64,000 bases of DNA from Octopus sinensis. Its lineage: Eukaryota. Positions 1-13,084 of this stretch are shown here, piece after piece. Each line of letters begins with the position of its first letter. The first letter of the stretch is position 1. The position numbers and the translations under genes were made by a program. The stretch covers positions 75,888,001-75,952,000 of the forward strand of contig NC_043007.1 in assembly GCF_006345805.1 (NCBI RefSeq), read 5' to 3'. The notes under the pieces were generated by a model. The model was not told the origin of the DNA, made no database searches, and saw only the letters and a list, made by a program, of their open reading frames with translations.

Positions 1-330
1 CTAGCATAGGTTGGACGGTTCGACTGGGGTCTGGGAAGCCAGAAGGCTGCACCAGGCTCCAGTGGGACCTGGCAGTGTTTCTACAGCTGGATGCCCTTCC
101 TAACACCAACCACTCCGTGAGTGTAGTGGGGGCTTTTTATGTGCCACTGGCACAGGTGCCAGGCAAGGCTGGAAATGGCCATGATCGGTTGGTGCTTTTT
201 ATGTGCCACCGGCACGGAAGCCAGTCAAGGCGGCACTGGCATCGGCCACGTTCGGATGGTGCTTTTTACGTGCCACCGGCACAGGGATCACAACTACAAT
301 CTCCATTGATTTTTTATGTTGATGTAACTT
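1..330 (-). mobile_element. RTE-tail-type short interspersed repeat (non-autonomous), partial
   Basis: Reverse complement of the element at 10400-10707 and 56010-56342, sharing GGATGCCCTTCCTAACACCAACCAC and the internal GTGCCACCGGCAC repeats. Confidence 0.6.
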
Positions 331-479
331 GACTCAGTAGGTCTCCTCAAGCACAGGGTCGAAATGGTGTTTCTTTATTTGCCACCTGCACAGGAGTCAG
401 TCCAGTGGAACTGGCAACGACTGGGTGCCAGTCATCGAATTTGGTTCAATTTCGAATTCACTTGCCCCAACAGGTCTTC

Positions 480-1395
480 GTAAGTAGAGTTTAGTGTCCA
501 ATGAAGGGAGGTTGGCATGGGTGACAGTCGTCGGATGTGGTTTGATTTCGAATTCAATATTGATTTCACTTGCCTCAACAGGTCTTCACAAGCAGAGTTT
601 TGTGTCCAAAGAAGGAAAAGTATGTATAAGTGGGCTAGCTACATCCCTGGCAAAGGCCACGGGTTATGGACTCACTTGTCCTGCTGGGTCTTCTCACACA
701 GCATATTTCCAAAGGTCTCAGTCACTAGTCATTGCCTCGATGAGGCCTAATGTTCGAAGGTCATGCTTCACCACCTCGTCCCAGGTTTTCCTGGGTCTAC
801 CTCTTTTACAGCTTCCCTCCAATCGCTAGGGAGTGGCACTTTTTCACACACCTATCTTCATCTATTCTCGCCACATGACCATACCAGCGCAATCGTCTCT
901 CTTGCGCACCACAACTGATGCTTCTTAGGTCCAGCTTTTCTCTTAAGGTACTTACACTCTGTTGAGTATGCACACTGACATTACACATCCATCGGATCAT
1001 ACTGGTGTCATTGAAGCTTACGCATGTCCTCAGCAGTCACGGGTCATGTTTCACTGCCATGTAGCATGGCTGTTCATACACATGCGTCATACAGTGTGCC
1101 TTTTACTCTGAGCGAGAGGCCTTTTGTCACCAGCAGAGGTAAGAGCTCTCTGAACTTTGCCCAGGCTATTCTTATTCTAGCAGTTACACTTTCAGCACAC
1201 CCGCCCCCGCTACTGACTTGGTCATCTAGGTAACAGAAGCTATCAACTACTTCTAGTTTTTCTCCCTGGAAAGTGACAGAAGTTGTTCTCTGCAGATTTT
1301 CAGTGTTTATTGCTCCTGAGCATCTGCCACATACAAAAACTATCTTCCTAGTTAGCCTTCCTTTGACATTGCTGCACCTCTTATGTGTCCATAGC
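480..1395 (-). mobile_element. RTE-clade LINE, degenerate 3' fragment
   Basis: The minus strand encodes LEVVDSFCYLG (near 1250) and ERRLRWYGHVARIDEDRCVKK (ORF 806-1000), typical of the RTE RT-thumb and C-terminal region. Confidence 0.75.
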
Positions 1396-1424
1396 TTACT
1401 GGGTACATCTTATATATAAACGCC

Positions 1425-1615
1425 ATGATAGATCGTTAGCACCTACATGCATTTTTTTCTCTCCTTGTTTTTTTTCTGTGTATCTTTCTGTCAAAGAGCG
1501 TAGGCGCAAAACGTAAAAGACTTGTTCTATTTCTATTCCTGAGCACCATACTAATACATTTGTTTGTTTGTACTCCACCTGCCTTCGTCTTTTGTTTATT
1601 TTCGTAAACCTTCCC
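1425..1615 (+). repeat. Short PLE-terminal-type repeat with a decayed hammerhead-like motif; second copy at ~21320-21490
   Basis: The two copies align (AGATCGTTAGC...CGTAAAAGAC...CTTCGTCTTTTGTTT) and both end at (TA)n. Confidence 0.5.
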
Positions 1616-1626
1616 GTTATATATAT

Positions 1627-1659
<33 letters not shown>

Positions 1660-1670
<11 letters not shown>

Positions 1671-3205
1671 GGCAGTTTGTCTGTCTCTGCGTCTGTGTGT
1701 CTGTCAGGTTGTACCTTCACCCTGACCACGGCTTTCAACCGATTCTGATGTAACTTGACACACACATAGCCCAATGTCATAATTCAAAACTAACGCAGCG
1801 AAAATTTTGAAAAGTTTCCCCAGTTCTGAAAAAAATTGATAAATTCTACATGGGGTCGAGAATCTAAGCTTTTTATATGCAACACATTTTCTGTTGTAGT
1901 TTTCGCAACTTGCAATCGATTTTCACCAAACTCATAGTGAAGCTTAATGTTACCCTAAGAAACTTAATTCTGACGTTAGTTTTCCATGCAATACCTTACC
2001 ATCAGAAAAAATCGATAAAATCATGCCATTTTGGGAAATCGCGTTCAAATTCAAGATGACATATTTTCGACAATATCTTTCATAAATTGGCAGGAATTTT
2101 TTTTTTTAAATTCACAGCGAGCATCATGTCTGCTCCAAGGAGCTATATGGCCCTTTTTATTCCAATAGGATACTTTATTACTGGAAAAAATCGGTTAATT
2201 AAATCATATGTGGCACACATAGCAAACTGATTTGTGTATTAAACACAAACCACAGACTGTCTAGGAGACGCAACTCGACCTTTTTAACTCTCTTACACTC
2301 CCAAATAAATATCAAACAGTTATCGATAATTCAACCCAACCAATTCCTATCAGGAAAAAATTACATTCGAGACTTTACCCCCACTTCTGCTAATAGCTGC
2401 TGCAGCCGCAATTTATTCAAATACATTTTTTGTTTAGACTTTCTTTATAACTACCACCCCAAACGTTTTACCTTAAATTTTTGACGTACCCTAAGGGTCC
2501 TCGGACGCTACTTGCAAACTCTTGCTTTATTATAAGCCGCTTTTGTTGTGTGCACCAAAAAACCTTTTCCATTCGTTTGTTCAGTTTGGTCACTTTTCAC
2601 TCTTTCGTTGTTGTCACTTACATTGTTGCCCGCTTTTTTGCCGATTTGGTACATTTTTATACATTTTGGGATACTTACCCCACGTGTTCCTTTTTATTAC
2701 ACCTTTGCCAAACACATTGTTTCCACCAAAATACTTACCCCACGTGTTCCTTGGTATTACACCTTTGCCAAACACATTGCTATCCACCAAAATGCCACCC
2801 AAGAAGAGAAGGACCCTCCTCAGCCCTCGGACGGCCAAGGCATCGGCTGCTAGGGCTTGAAGGGCACACAAGACCCATGAGGAAACCGCCTTGCACCTCT
2901 CGCAAAAAGCTTAAATCCCAAGGCCAAACGCTACAAGTCGCTGGGTTACATTTGGGCGAACAGTGCTTCGCCAACGGTCAACTCTACGTGGGCTGTTCAC
3001 GCGTTGGGAGGTGCAATGATGTTTTAATGTTTTCGCCCAAAGGGACAGCTAGGAACATCGTATACACAGAAGTATTCGACTGAAGAGAAGACATTGCAAC
3101 CTACACATGCGCCTTCGTTCCCTAGAGGGAAAGGACTAGATCGGGATTAGTCGTTGCCTACTAGGGGCTCTTACATACCCGGGCAACGCTGGGCTATGCT
3201 GCTAG
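1660..3205 (+). mobile_element. Non-autonomous Helitron retaining a PIF1-helicase C-terminal remnant
   Basis: 3' hairpin CCCGG-GCAACG-CTGGG at 3178-3193, then CTAG at 3202-3205 and a T. Helicase motifs lie just upstream and there is an internal 60-bp tandem duplication at 2671-2790. The 5' end is hidden in (TA)n. Confidence 0.85.
2900..3083 (+). pseudogene. Helitron RepHel PIF1-type helicase C-terminal fragment
   Basis: KSQGQTLQVAGLHLGEQCFANGQLYVGCSRV...RNIVYTEVFD matches the conserved last helicase motifs (KSQGQT, GQLYVAxSRV). Confidence 0.85.
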
Positions 3206-3984
3206 TATATATATAATTACACACACACACACACACACTCACACACACATATGACAAAAATATGTATAGAGAAAATCGCATCTTTGTTGTAAAATTCACT
3301 TATAAAGATGAGAATTGTCTCTATTGTTTTACATATAGAAAATATCAGTGAAGTATATATTTGTTAATTCGACATTTTCAAGGTGACCCAAAATTAGATA
3401 AATTCAATGTGAACTAAGGAAATATTTCCAGTACACAAATGCTTATAAATAGAACACTAAGAAGAAATGTTATGACAGAAATTTTTGTATTCATCTCTTG
3501 GTGATGTCAGTGGATAATGAAGGAATAAAGATAGATATAATAATGCTACATTATGACAATTAAAAACAAAGAAATATGATCTAAGAAAGGCTATTTTTGT
3601 ATTCTATTGGTGACATCACTGGATAACTAGGATTCAAAATAAACAAAAATTTGGTTATGACAATTGAAAACAGAAAATCTAAGTCACAACAATTAGTTAT
3701 CCATTTATTTAACACAGTAAACTTTTTCTAAGAAGAATTATGCTTAATTTCTATAATCAAGAATTGAGCTATTTAAATGCCTTTCAAAATTAGTGACAAC
3801 ATTTCATTGCAAACTCTTATTAAAATTTAATAAAATTAATTTAAATAATTATATAATACATTTCTTCAGGGCAAAAATCACATGTAGAATTGCCAATTAC
3901 ACAGGCATTTATCTACTTGTAATTCCTGTTCATGGTTAAAAGAATTCCTACTAGTCTAACTTCCAGAATTAGGTGTTATAGTGG

Positions 3985-3990
3985 GATTAC

Positions 3991-4026
<36 letters not shown>

Positions 4027-4082
4027 CATTATTATTATTATTATTATTAGTATATATTATTATCATTATTATTATTAGTATA

Positions 4083-4170
<88 letters not shown>
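3985..4170. repeat. (ATT)n microsatellite
   Basis: Seen directly. Confidence 0.97.
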
Positions 4171-4171
<1 letters not shown>

Positions 4172-4611
4172 CTGATAAGACTAGGTGTAAGCTTAACTGT
4201 GTTATCAGAATTGGAATTACTTAATGAATTGAAATCTAGTTCTGGAAAATAATCATTAGAGTTAATTTCACAATCCACATTATCAATTTTACTCTTGTTT
4301 ATAGATTTAGAGTTGAGATATTCCCTGATTTTTTGTTTATTGTGTGCTACTAAATTTCTAGTGATTGAATACAAAAACTTTATATTGTGGCAATTAAATA
4401 ATTTCCCCTATTTACTTGCAGGTGGTAAACACGTATCTAGTGCAGCAAAGTATTTTCAAGGGATATTGGTAGCTTTTAAATATGTGAATGCTACATTATA
4501 CCAAATAATATTCCTTTATTTGCTCTTTTTATTATTCATATATATGCTTTTCTTAATATTAACATTATTAATATTGAACTTTTTTCTACTGTAATTTTTA
4601 TTCTTAAGTTT

Positions 4612-4768
<157 letters not shown>

Positions 4769-6185
4769 AGAATGGAGTTTGGCCTGATAAAGCGTGGTGT
4801 GTTACTCTTGAAGAGAGGCAAAATCAAATGTATGGATAGGCTAATGATACCAACAGGGGAGGTTATGCAGCAGATAGAAGAGACAGGCTATAAGTAATTG
4901 GGGATATTGGAAATGGATAATTTGATGGAAAAAGAAATGACAGAAAAATTTAAGGTGGAGTACTTGCGCAGACTGGGACTGATCCTTAAGTCAAAATTAA
5001 ATGGACGGAATAAATTGAAGCTATTAACACCTGGATGGTTTCACTCTTTAGATATGGAGCAGAGGTAATCACATGGACAGTAGACGAACTAAACAGCTTA
5101 GACAGAAAGATAAGGAAGTTGCTAACTAGACATGGGACACTCCACCCAAAAAGTGACACAGACAAGTACCAAGAAAAGTATGTACCAAGAAAAAGAGGGG
5201 GAAGAGGACTTATTGGATGTGAACACAGCATTGCAGTAGAAGAAAACAACATAGCATGGTATGTAAAAAATGCCACAGAACCACTATTATTAGAAGTAAG
5301 AAGGTCAGGCTTGTGTAGGATGAAAGATTGCAAAGATAAAGCACTGTACAAGTAATTGAAAACAAATGAAACTGAAAATAGGTGGGTAAAGAAAAGAATG
5401 CATGGACAATTTCATAGGGATGTTAAGATAAGACAGACAGAGAAAAAAGATGTCTGTGGATGATTAAAAGTGATTTAAAACCAGAAACGGGTGCTCTAAT
5501 CTGTGCTGCCCAAGAGCAAGCATTAAGAACCAATTACATCAAATACAGAATAGACAACACATCAGAAAGTGGTAAGTGCAGAATTTGTGGACAAAATGGT
5601 GAAACCATATGGCATATTACAAGCCAATGTATGCCACTGACCCAGAAGGAATATAAGAAATGCCATGACAATATAGCAAGTCTTGTGCATTGGGCACTTT
5701 GCAACAAGCATGGACTTGATAGAAAAAAAAATTGGTACAACTACAAGCCCGAAGGCATCAACAAAAATGATAATGCAAAGATCCTGTGGGATTTTATGAT
5801 TCAGTGCGAGAATAGGAAGCCAGAAAGAAAGCAAACTATGCTAGATCATAGATATAGTATGCTCAGCTGACAACAAGGTATGCAATAAGGAAGAAAGAAA
5901 AGTCAATAGATATGACAGGTCATCTTGGGAGGTTAAGCAGTTGTGGTCAGTGAAAAAGGTGGTAGTAGTACCAATAATTGTTGGAGCCCTGGGAACAGAG
6001 AGTAAAAATCTTGAGAAGTACATGGAACAAATAAGGGCTGCAATAAGGGTGGAGCACTTGCAGAAAACAGCACTGCTTGGAACTGCTCGAATGTTCGAAT
6101 ACTCCGGAAGGTGCTAAAAAATAAGAGGTGTTACCTTAGTTCACTGGTAGTGAACAGCTGACACTGTAGTCCATCTCCAGCGTTA
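4769..6185 (+). mobile_element. R4/Dong-clade LINE (restriction-like endonuclease), 5'-truncated and degenerate
   Basis: Motifs LHPKSD..YVPRKRGGRGL, LKPETGALICAAQEQALRTN, the CCHC knuckle CRICGQNGETIWHITSQC, and the RLE tail VKQLWSVKKVVVVPIIVGALG...LQKTALLGTAR. Confidence 0.88.
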
Positions 6186-6397
6186 GACTGTGGTCATGCT
6201 GGAGCAAATTGACCCCAGTCGAGCAAATTGACCCCAGTCGAGCAAATTGACCCCAGGACTTATTCTTTGTAAGCCTAGTTCTTATTCTATTGATCTCTTT
6301 TGCTGAACCATAAGTTATGGGGACGTAAACACGCCAGCATCAGTTGTCAAGCGATGTTGGGGGGACAAACAGACACACAAACATATATACACACACA

Positions 6398-6428
<31 letters not shown>

Positions 6429-6605
6429 TATACATGTATACGACGGGCTTCTTTCAGTTTCCATCTACCAAATTCACTCACTAGGCTTTGGTCGGCCTGA
6501 GGCTATAGTAGAAGACACTTGCCCAAGGTGCCGTGCAGTGGGACTGAACCTGGAACAGTGTGGTTCATAAGCAAGCTACTTACCACACAGCCGCTCCTAC
6601 GCCTA
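6186..6605 (-). mobile_element. Octopus tRNA-derived SINE (family A)
   Basis: Reverse complement of 8740-9170, with a 19-bp unit (GAGCAAATTGACCCCAGTC) triplicated at 6202-6255. Confidence 0.85.
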
Positions 6606-6972
6606 TGAATTATACCTTATGAATTATACTTTAGCTTATTGCTTGTAATTTACATGGGTTGGTGGTGTATATTTTCATTCTGTTTATTTTGTTATTCGCA
6701 TTATTCACAAGTATTACTTTGAAATTTAAATTGAGCATCAACAGTATCAAACTTCATTAAGCTATCTGAATTCCCCAGTTTAGGAAACCCTGTAATGACT
6801 TAAGGAACAAATAATTCTTTCAAAGGCTAAATAATGGCAAAAAAATTCAGGGTCTCTTATTAGATTGCAGTAAAAAATGTTTCAGGAAAGAACTAGTTCA
6901 TATTCCCTCAAAGTTTCTAAATTCAATGATGTCAACAACATACAACTGTTTCTAGAAAGAATAAAGTTTCTA

Positions 6973-7245
6973 TTAGGTTGGTGCATAATTATTACGGCTT
7001 TCTTTTTCAACAAATTTTATTCAACACAAACAATAACATCTATAAAACAATAGCATCTATTAACAAAATCATCTATAAATGATGGTCTGACCTTCTGCCA
7101 AGCATATGGCAAGCAGTAATTGAAGTAGATGGTGAATATGCTCCGGAATAATCATTTAAAATGATGTTTTTGTTACATGTTGTTATTGTTTTTTTTTAAT
7201 AAAATTTGTTGAAAAAAAAGCAGCAATAATTATGCACCAACCCAA
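6973..7245 (+). mobile_element. Mariner-derived MITE
   Basis: TIRs TTAGGTTGGTGCATAATTATT / AATAATTATGCACCAACCCAA with TA flanks, plus a transposase C-terminal remnant (WQAVIEVDGEY). Confidence 0.88.
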
Positions 7246-7876
7246 TAAAATAGATGAAGAAATATAAAAGATTACTTTGGTCCAATAGTAGAACACCTGT
7301 CATGTTTACAAGTGATGTGAATGAAAGTCCAATGGGCAGCCTTTGACCCTTTGTAGCCAAAGGACATTTTAAACAAATATCTACATGCAATTGCTAATAG
7401 CTTTATTTGTTTGAATTAAACCATTTCAAATTAGAATTATTTCATAATTTTGAATAGATCAAAAACTATTTTATGCAAATTATCCATATTGTTATTCCCA
7501 AGAGATAAAATTAATGTTTGTGGCAGAAAATCCTTGATATAAGCCAGTTGGTAACAAACAATCTTACAGTTCAAGGGTATTTTGTGTGTGTGTCTGTGTG
7601 TGCATGTTCACATTAGATTGTTGCTTTGTTTCTTATAGTTTCATTTTTAAGAATAATTTTTTATTGCTTTCATTGATTGAAACACATAAATAATTGTATG
7701 GTTATGAGATAGCAGTGTACAATATCTTAAAACTGTTAGTCTCAGGAATAAAAGCAATGTCAAGAGTTGGAAATTCTCACGAATAGAGGATTGTCTAAGG
7801 TCCTACAATCTTTGAATTTCAAAAATACACAGAAAATTTGGAAGTAAAAAATGTTAAAAATCAAAGAGATATTTAC

Positions 7877-7948
7877 CAACATTATAGTTGTTCTTTCTGG
7901 ATTTGCTGTTTCTCCTGTAATGATTCCAACTATTCCAATTGCAATAAT
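7877..7948 (-). CDS. Coding exon 2 of CD20/MS4A-like gene A (IIAIGIVGIITGETANPERTTIML)
   Basis: 72-bp phase-0 exon with acceptor tttgtttggtttAG and donor GTaaat. Same length and phase as its homolog at 56479-56550, and in frame with exon 19298-19131. Confidence 0.75.
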
Positions 7949-8113
7949 CTAAACCAAACAAATATTATAGAATTTGATGTGAGGCTTAGTAAAAAAACAA
8001 ATGAAATATAATGAAAACCTGAAATTTTAGAATAGGATATTTAGTAAATGAAGGCGGTATACATACATACATATACATACATACATACATACATACATAC
8101 ATACACATACATA

Positions 8114-8635
8114 CCGTAAATCCTCGAGTATAATCTGCATTTTTTTCCTAAAATTTAAAGGTCAAAATCCCTAGTGTGTACTATATACGAGGTTAAAAAT
8201 GAAAAATATTTTCTAAGCAACGTCTGAGTCTCTATTTGCTGTCTGGCAATGTATATTCAGACGCATTTTGTGATGTCGGGTGCGAAAATACATTAAGCTA
8301 AGCCTGAAAGCAATGAAGTCATAAAAAAATCATCCATAACTTGCAGTAAGCAACATTTATTAAAATAAAAGTATTCGGAACACAGAATAATATGTAACAA
8401 AAACAATTTGCAAACATATTTACATTCCCATATAACAGTTAAGAACATCACCCTTATTGTATTACGCATGCGCAGAAGTGTTTGTTCGACTAGGTGCTGC
8501 TGGCTTAATTACACATGACTCAAGTTAGAGAAGGGATGTGTATTATGTACAATGTTTAGGTTTTTCAGAGGTAAAGCCCCCTAAAAATCCCCTGCGTATT
8601 ATACTCAAGGGCGGATTATACTCGAGGGTTTACGG
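8114..8635. mobile_element. Tc2/pogo-like MITE
   Basis: TIRs CCGTAAATCCTCGAGTATAAT / ATTATACTCGAGGGTTTACGG with TA flanks, inserted in (ATAC)n. Confidence 0.85.
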
Positions 8636-8739
8636 TACATACATACATACATACATACATACACATACATACAACATACATACATACATACATACATACA
8701 TACATACTCACTCACTCACTTGCAAACTGATTATAATAT

Positions 8740-8913
8740 AGGCGTAGGAGTGGCTGTGTGGCAAGTAGCTTGCCTAAGAACCACATGGTTCCGGGTTCAG
8801 TCCCACTGCGTGGCACCTTGGGTAAGTGTTTTCTACTATAGCCTCGGGCCGACCAAAGCCTAGTGAGTGGATTTGGTAGACGGAAACTGAAAGAAGCCCG
8901 TCGTATATATGTG

Positions 8914-8945
<32 letters not shown>

Positions 8946-9170
8946 CGTGTTTGTGTGTCTGTGTTTGTCCCCCCCCAGCATCGCTTGACAACCGATGCTG
9001 GTGTGTTTACGTCCCCGTGACCTAGTGGTTCGGCAAAAAAGGGACCAATAGAATAAGAACTAGGCTTACAAAGAATAAGTCCTGGGGTCGATTTGATTTA
9101 CTAAAGGTGGTGCTCCAGCATGGCCACAGTCACATGACTGAAACAAGTAAAAGAGAAAGAGTAAAAGAGT
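8740..9170 (+). mobile_element. Octopus tRNA-derived SINE (family A), full length
   Basis: Head GGCGTAGGAGTGGCTGTGTGG..GGTTCCGGGTTCAGTCCC (A/B-box-like), central microsatellite, and (AAAGAGT)n tail. Many copies in this window. Confidence 0.88.
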
Positions 9171-9174
9171 AATC

Positions 9175-9385
9175 ATGCAGGAGCTAAAAGCTCTCAGTGA
9201 AAAACTCCGACATCAGAAGAGAATAACTGAGAGAAGAACACTAAACAAAAAATTTAACCACAATCAGGCAGTAGTATACAGAGACATGAGAGGAGGAGCA
9301 GTAAACATCCTGGAAGTTCCTTCACGAGAAGACATAGATTCCTTCTGGAGGATCAAAGAGATGGAAGTTATGCATAGCTGAAAGA
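9175..9385 (+). mobile_element. R4/Dong-like LINE pre-RT fragment
   Basis: ORF ...RRTLNKKFNHNQAVVYRDM...PSREDIDSFW resembles the R4 pre-RT region (QN..F..NQK.FYR...P..E....FW). Confidence 0.5.
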
Positions 9386-9424
9386 TCAGACATTCAGACA
9401 TTTTTTTACATACAAGAATTGCAC

Positions 9425-9665
9425 CGTGGAGGTGTGTGGCTTAGTGGTTATGGTGTCAGCATCATGATCGTAAGATTGTGGTTTCAATTCCTGGACCGGG
9501 CGACATGTGTTCTTGAACAAAACACTTCATTTCACGTTGCTCTAATCCACTCAGCTGGCAAAATGAATAACGCTGCAATGGACTGGTGTCCTGTCCAACT
9601 GGGAAACACATACGCCATAGAAACCGGGAAACCAGGTCCATGAGCCTAACTAGGCTTTAAAAGGG
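9425..9665 (+). mobile_element. CORE-type tRNA SINE
   Basis: tRNA-like head plus a TGTGTTCTTGAACAAAACACTT CORE-like box; related copy at 63055-63340. Confidence 0.65.
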
Positions 9666-10320
9666 CGCATTTATTTTTTATTTACAAGAATTGCACCACA
9701 CTACTGAATTCCAGATTTGAAATTTCTAGAAAAGGCCAGCATATAGACAAGTTTCTTTTGTCAAACTGGAGGAAACCACCCTCTCTGGATTCAGTAGTTA
9801 TCTCTCCATTATATTATTCTACACCAGTTAGATCAATTATTCCTTCTGTAGACAAAGGGGACAAAAAGCTTGGGTTTTTTTTCTTTTCTTGTCTTTTTTT
9901 TCATTTCAATTTTGCATCAACCTTCTCTGCATTTTCCTTATCTTTTTTATTCTATGCTTTCTCAAATAGGTCTAACAGTATGCACTAAACCTGAAAAATT
10001 CTTGGAGATACATGGCATTTGATATAGATCTACCAAATTATTGTATCTCTACAATAAAGTATTAGTAACTCATTTTGAAATTGTATATATAAAATGGTAT
10101 GTCTCTCTCATTGGAGAGAATACTTTTTCCCTCTTCAAAAACATGTGTATTTGAAAAGGTTTAATGAAAGCACTCACACACTAGAAAAATAAACTTCTTC
10201 CCAAAATGATTAATAACATCCTCATTACAAAATTTTTTTTTTTCAAATCACCTTTACATTTCAAAAACTATATTAAGTAATCCTCATGAAATTTCATATA
10301 AATATATATATTATATATAT

Positions 10321-10359
<39 letters not shown>

Positions 10360-10360
<1 letters not shown>

Positions 10361-11523
10361 TAGCTGAAGGTGACCCGCTCTACGCGCGGGTAAGAGTGTG
10401 GTTGTTACTTTCTGTTGCTTCCTTTCAGCACGTAAAAAAAAACGTGGCCAATTGCAGCGCCACCTTGACTGGCTTCTGTGCCGGTGGCACGTAAAAAGCA
10501 CCAACCGATCGTTGCCGCTGCCAGCCCCCCGGCACCTGTGTCGGCGACACGAAAAAAGCACCCACTACACTCACAGAGTGGTTGGCGTTAGGTAGGTCAT
10601 CCACCTGTAGAAACCTGCCAGATCAGACTGGAGCTAGTGCAGCCTCCTGGCTTCCCAGACCCCGTCAAACTGTCCAACCCGTGCTAGCACGAAAACGGAC
10701 GTTAAACGATGATGATGATGATATTCTTCCTCTTTGTTTCTCTCTTCTTTCTCTCTCACTTTCCCACTCTCTACTTTCTTTTTTCTTGGACTCTCCCTCG
10801 CTTTTCTCTTACTCTATTCTTTATCTATCTCTCTCCTTTATAAACAACAAAAGATCTTGAGTAAGTTGAGAATAAAATATTTAGAAAGATCATCATAATA
10901 TCAGGCAGTGGCAACGGAAAGGTCTGCTTCAAGGCAGACAGCAAACGCTAACATTTAAAAGGGACAGACGAACTTTCGAGCTGAATAAAAATAATAAAAT
11001 ATTGGAAACCAAAGTTTGAAGGGATAGAATCTGAGGATAGTAAGTCACCATGGCTGGCATTTCTTAACGACGGACAGCAACGTATTGACAGTTTAACGGC
11101 TGGCGTAAAAATTTTGAACTTGATGTAAAAGAAAATTCGTAAACACCAAGTTTTGAAGTGATTCTTTCTCACGACAGTAGACTCACCATAGCAAGCATTC
11201 AAAACTTCTTCATCATGGACGGCAACACATTGACGATTAAAGGCTGGCGCAAATTTTTAGCTTGATGTAACAGAGAATTCCTAAAACTCGCTCATTAAAT
11301 TTTAATCCCCTTCCAGCCCCATTTAGACCCCTTTTCACATTTTGGTTAATATTACCCGATTTCATTCGGGTCTACTGGGGCCGCATTTTATAAGATGAAG
11401 AATTTTGTCCTAGAGGTCACGCCTTTCATTTGAGGAAAAAAATAGTTGTCATGCAAACTTGCCAGCACTTTTAACATAGGTGTGCATATTTTCAGCTGAA
11501 CCGACCGACCACATAATGCACAC

Positions 11524-11530
<7 letters not shown>
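10360..11530 (-). mobile_element. Non-autonomous Helitron with a nested RTE-tail repeat
   Basis: Minus-strand 3' end has the hairpin ACCCGC...GCGGGT (10373-10391), then CTAG ending at 10360 and a T. The 5' boundary is approximate. Confidence 0.6.
10400..10707 (+). mobile_element. RTE-tail-type short interspersed repeat
   Basis: Ends GGACGTTAAACGATGATGATGATG; homologous to 1-330 (reverse complement) and 56010-56342. Confidence 0.65.
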
Positions 11531-11556
<26 letters not shown>

Positions 11557-11714
11557 ATATATGTGTGTGTGTGTGTGTTGGAGTGTCTCTCATACGTGAA
11601 CGTTGACGCTGAATTCGACTGGTAAGCAGGTAACCTTGTCTTTGTTGAAATAGTTGTGAGCTGCTGTAGTTATTTCTCTGACGGGTAATAGGAATTTCCA
11701 CATCCTCCGAGGAA

Positions 11715-12620
11715 ACGAACTGTTGACCCAGACTGTCATACTGTTAGCTGTCAGAAGTGAAAGTACGTCAATTTCGTGTATTTACGTCAGGTTTAATACC
11801 TCGTTAATTTACACCGTTATTTACGTTTACCACCACACTGTTAGGTTTGTAAAACAATTGAAGTTCAGTTTAAAGTTTATATAATAAATAACATTTAATT
11901 CCCCATTATAGTAATATTTGTTTGTTTGAAATCCGTTTTAAGGCGATCAATAGTTAATAAAAGATGTGTCTATCATGTATATATATATAATATGTATATA
12001 TACATGTGTATACATATATATTTACATGTGTATATATACATGTGTATATATTATATATATATATATAATATATATATATCTATATATATATATTATATAT
12101 ATATATATATATACATGTGTAATGTATACACATGTATATATATAAAGATATATACATGTATAGACACATCTTTAATTAAACTATTGACCGCCTTAAAACG
12201 GATTTCAACAGACAAATATTAGTATAATGGATAATATAAGCATATAACTACTTATACACACATACAATAAATACAGACACACACACGTTAGTCAGACATA
12301 TAGCCACATATACACACACACACATGTGTGTATGATTGGTATATGTGATCGCGGTGGTAGTGGTCATTTGTGCAGATTTGGTGTGATTTCTTTTTTAAAA
12401 ACAATAATGAATAATGCAAGAATATATTTATTTATAAAGTTTAAACAGAACATGGAATGAAATGTATTTATTTATAAACTTTAAACTGAACTTCAATTGT
12501 TTTATAAACCTAACAGCGTGGTGGTACGTAAATAATCGTAAAAATTAACGAAGGTATAAACCTGACGTAAATACACGAAGTTGACGTACTTTCACTTCTG
12601 ACAGCTAATAGCATGACAGC
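11715..12620. repeat. Nested inverted repeats (fold-back/MITE-like) around a (TA) tract
   Basis: Outer arms ~11715-11897 and ~12460-12620; inner arms ~11903-11972 and ~12160-12230. Confidence 0.7.
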
Positions 12621-13084
12621 GTGTGGTGATGATAATTCTCCCTATGAATGCAGACAGATACATCAAAGAACGCCGTCTAACGAACTTTACATTAAATAAC
12701 GGGAGTGGAATTGTCAAAGTTATACATGGAGGGGAGTGAGAGGGTAATGGAGGAAATAGCGTGAGTGAGGAAGATGGCCCCTAGCAACCACACCTTTTAA
12801 GATAGGGATTTCTAAGGTAGCCCACGGGCATCGTCACCTCATTCTACATGTCCCTGTAAATTTTGGAGCGAATCGGACGGGATGTAGTGGCATTGAAAGC
12901 GATCCAAGCAGTAAAAACGCATTTCAGCTTTATATATAATATATATATATATATACATACTGCATTGAATACAAACAAGTATTGTCTGATGCGGTATGTA
13001 TTTGAGTTTTTATATTTATATGTCAATAATGATTCTCACAAATGAGCCATAGACAGTTTGATGCATTGATTGATTCATTCATGA

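Noticed and set aside
4075-4374. Minus-strand ORF with a protein-like N-terminus and poly-N
   Set aside because: The poly-N is the (ATT)n tract. There is no recognisable domain, no splice support and no homolog in the gene B region.
8740-8830. SINE heads as tRNA genes
   Set aside because: Only A/B-box-like similarity with no complete cloverleaf, and always attached to the SINE body.
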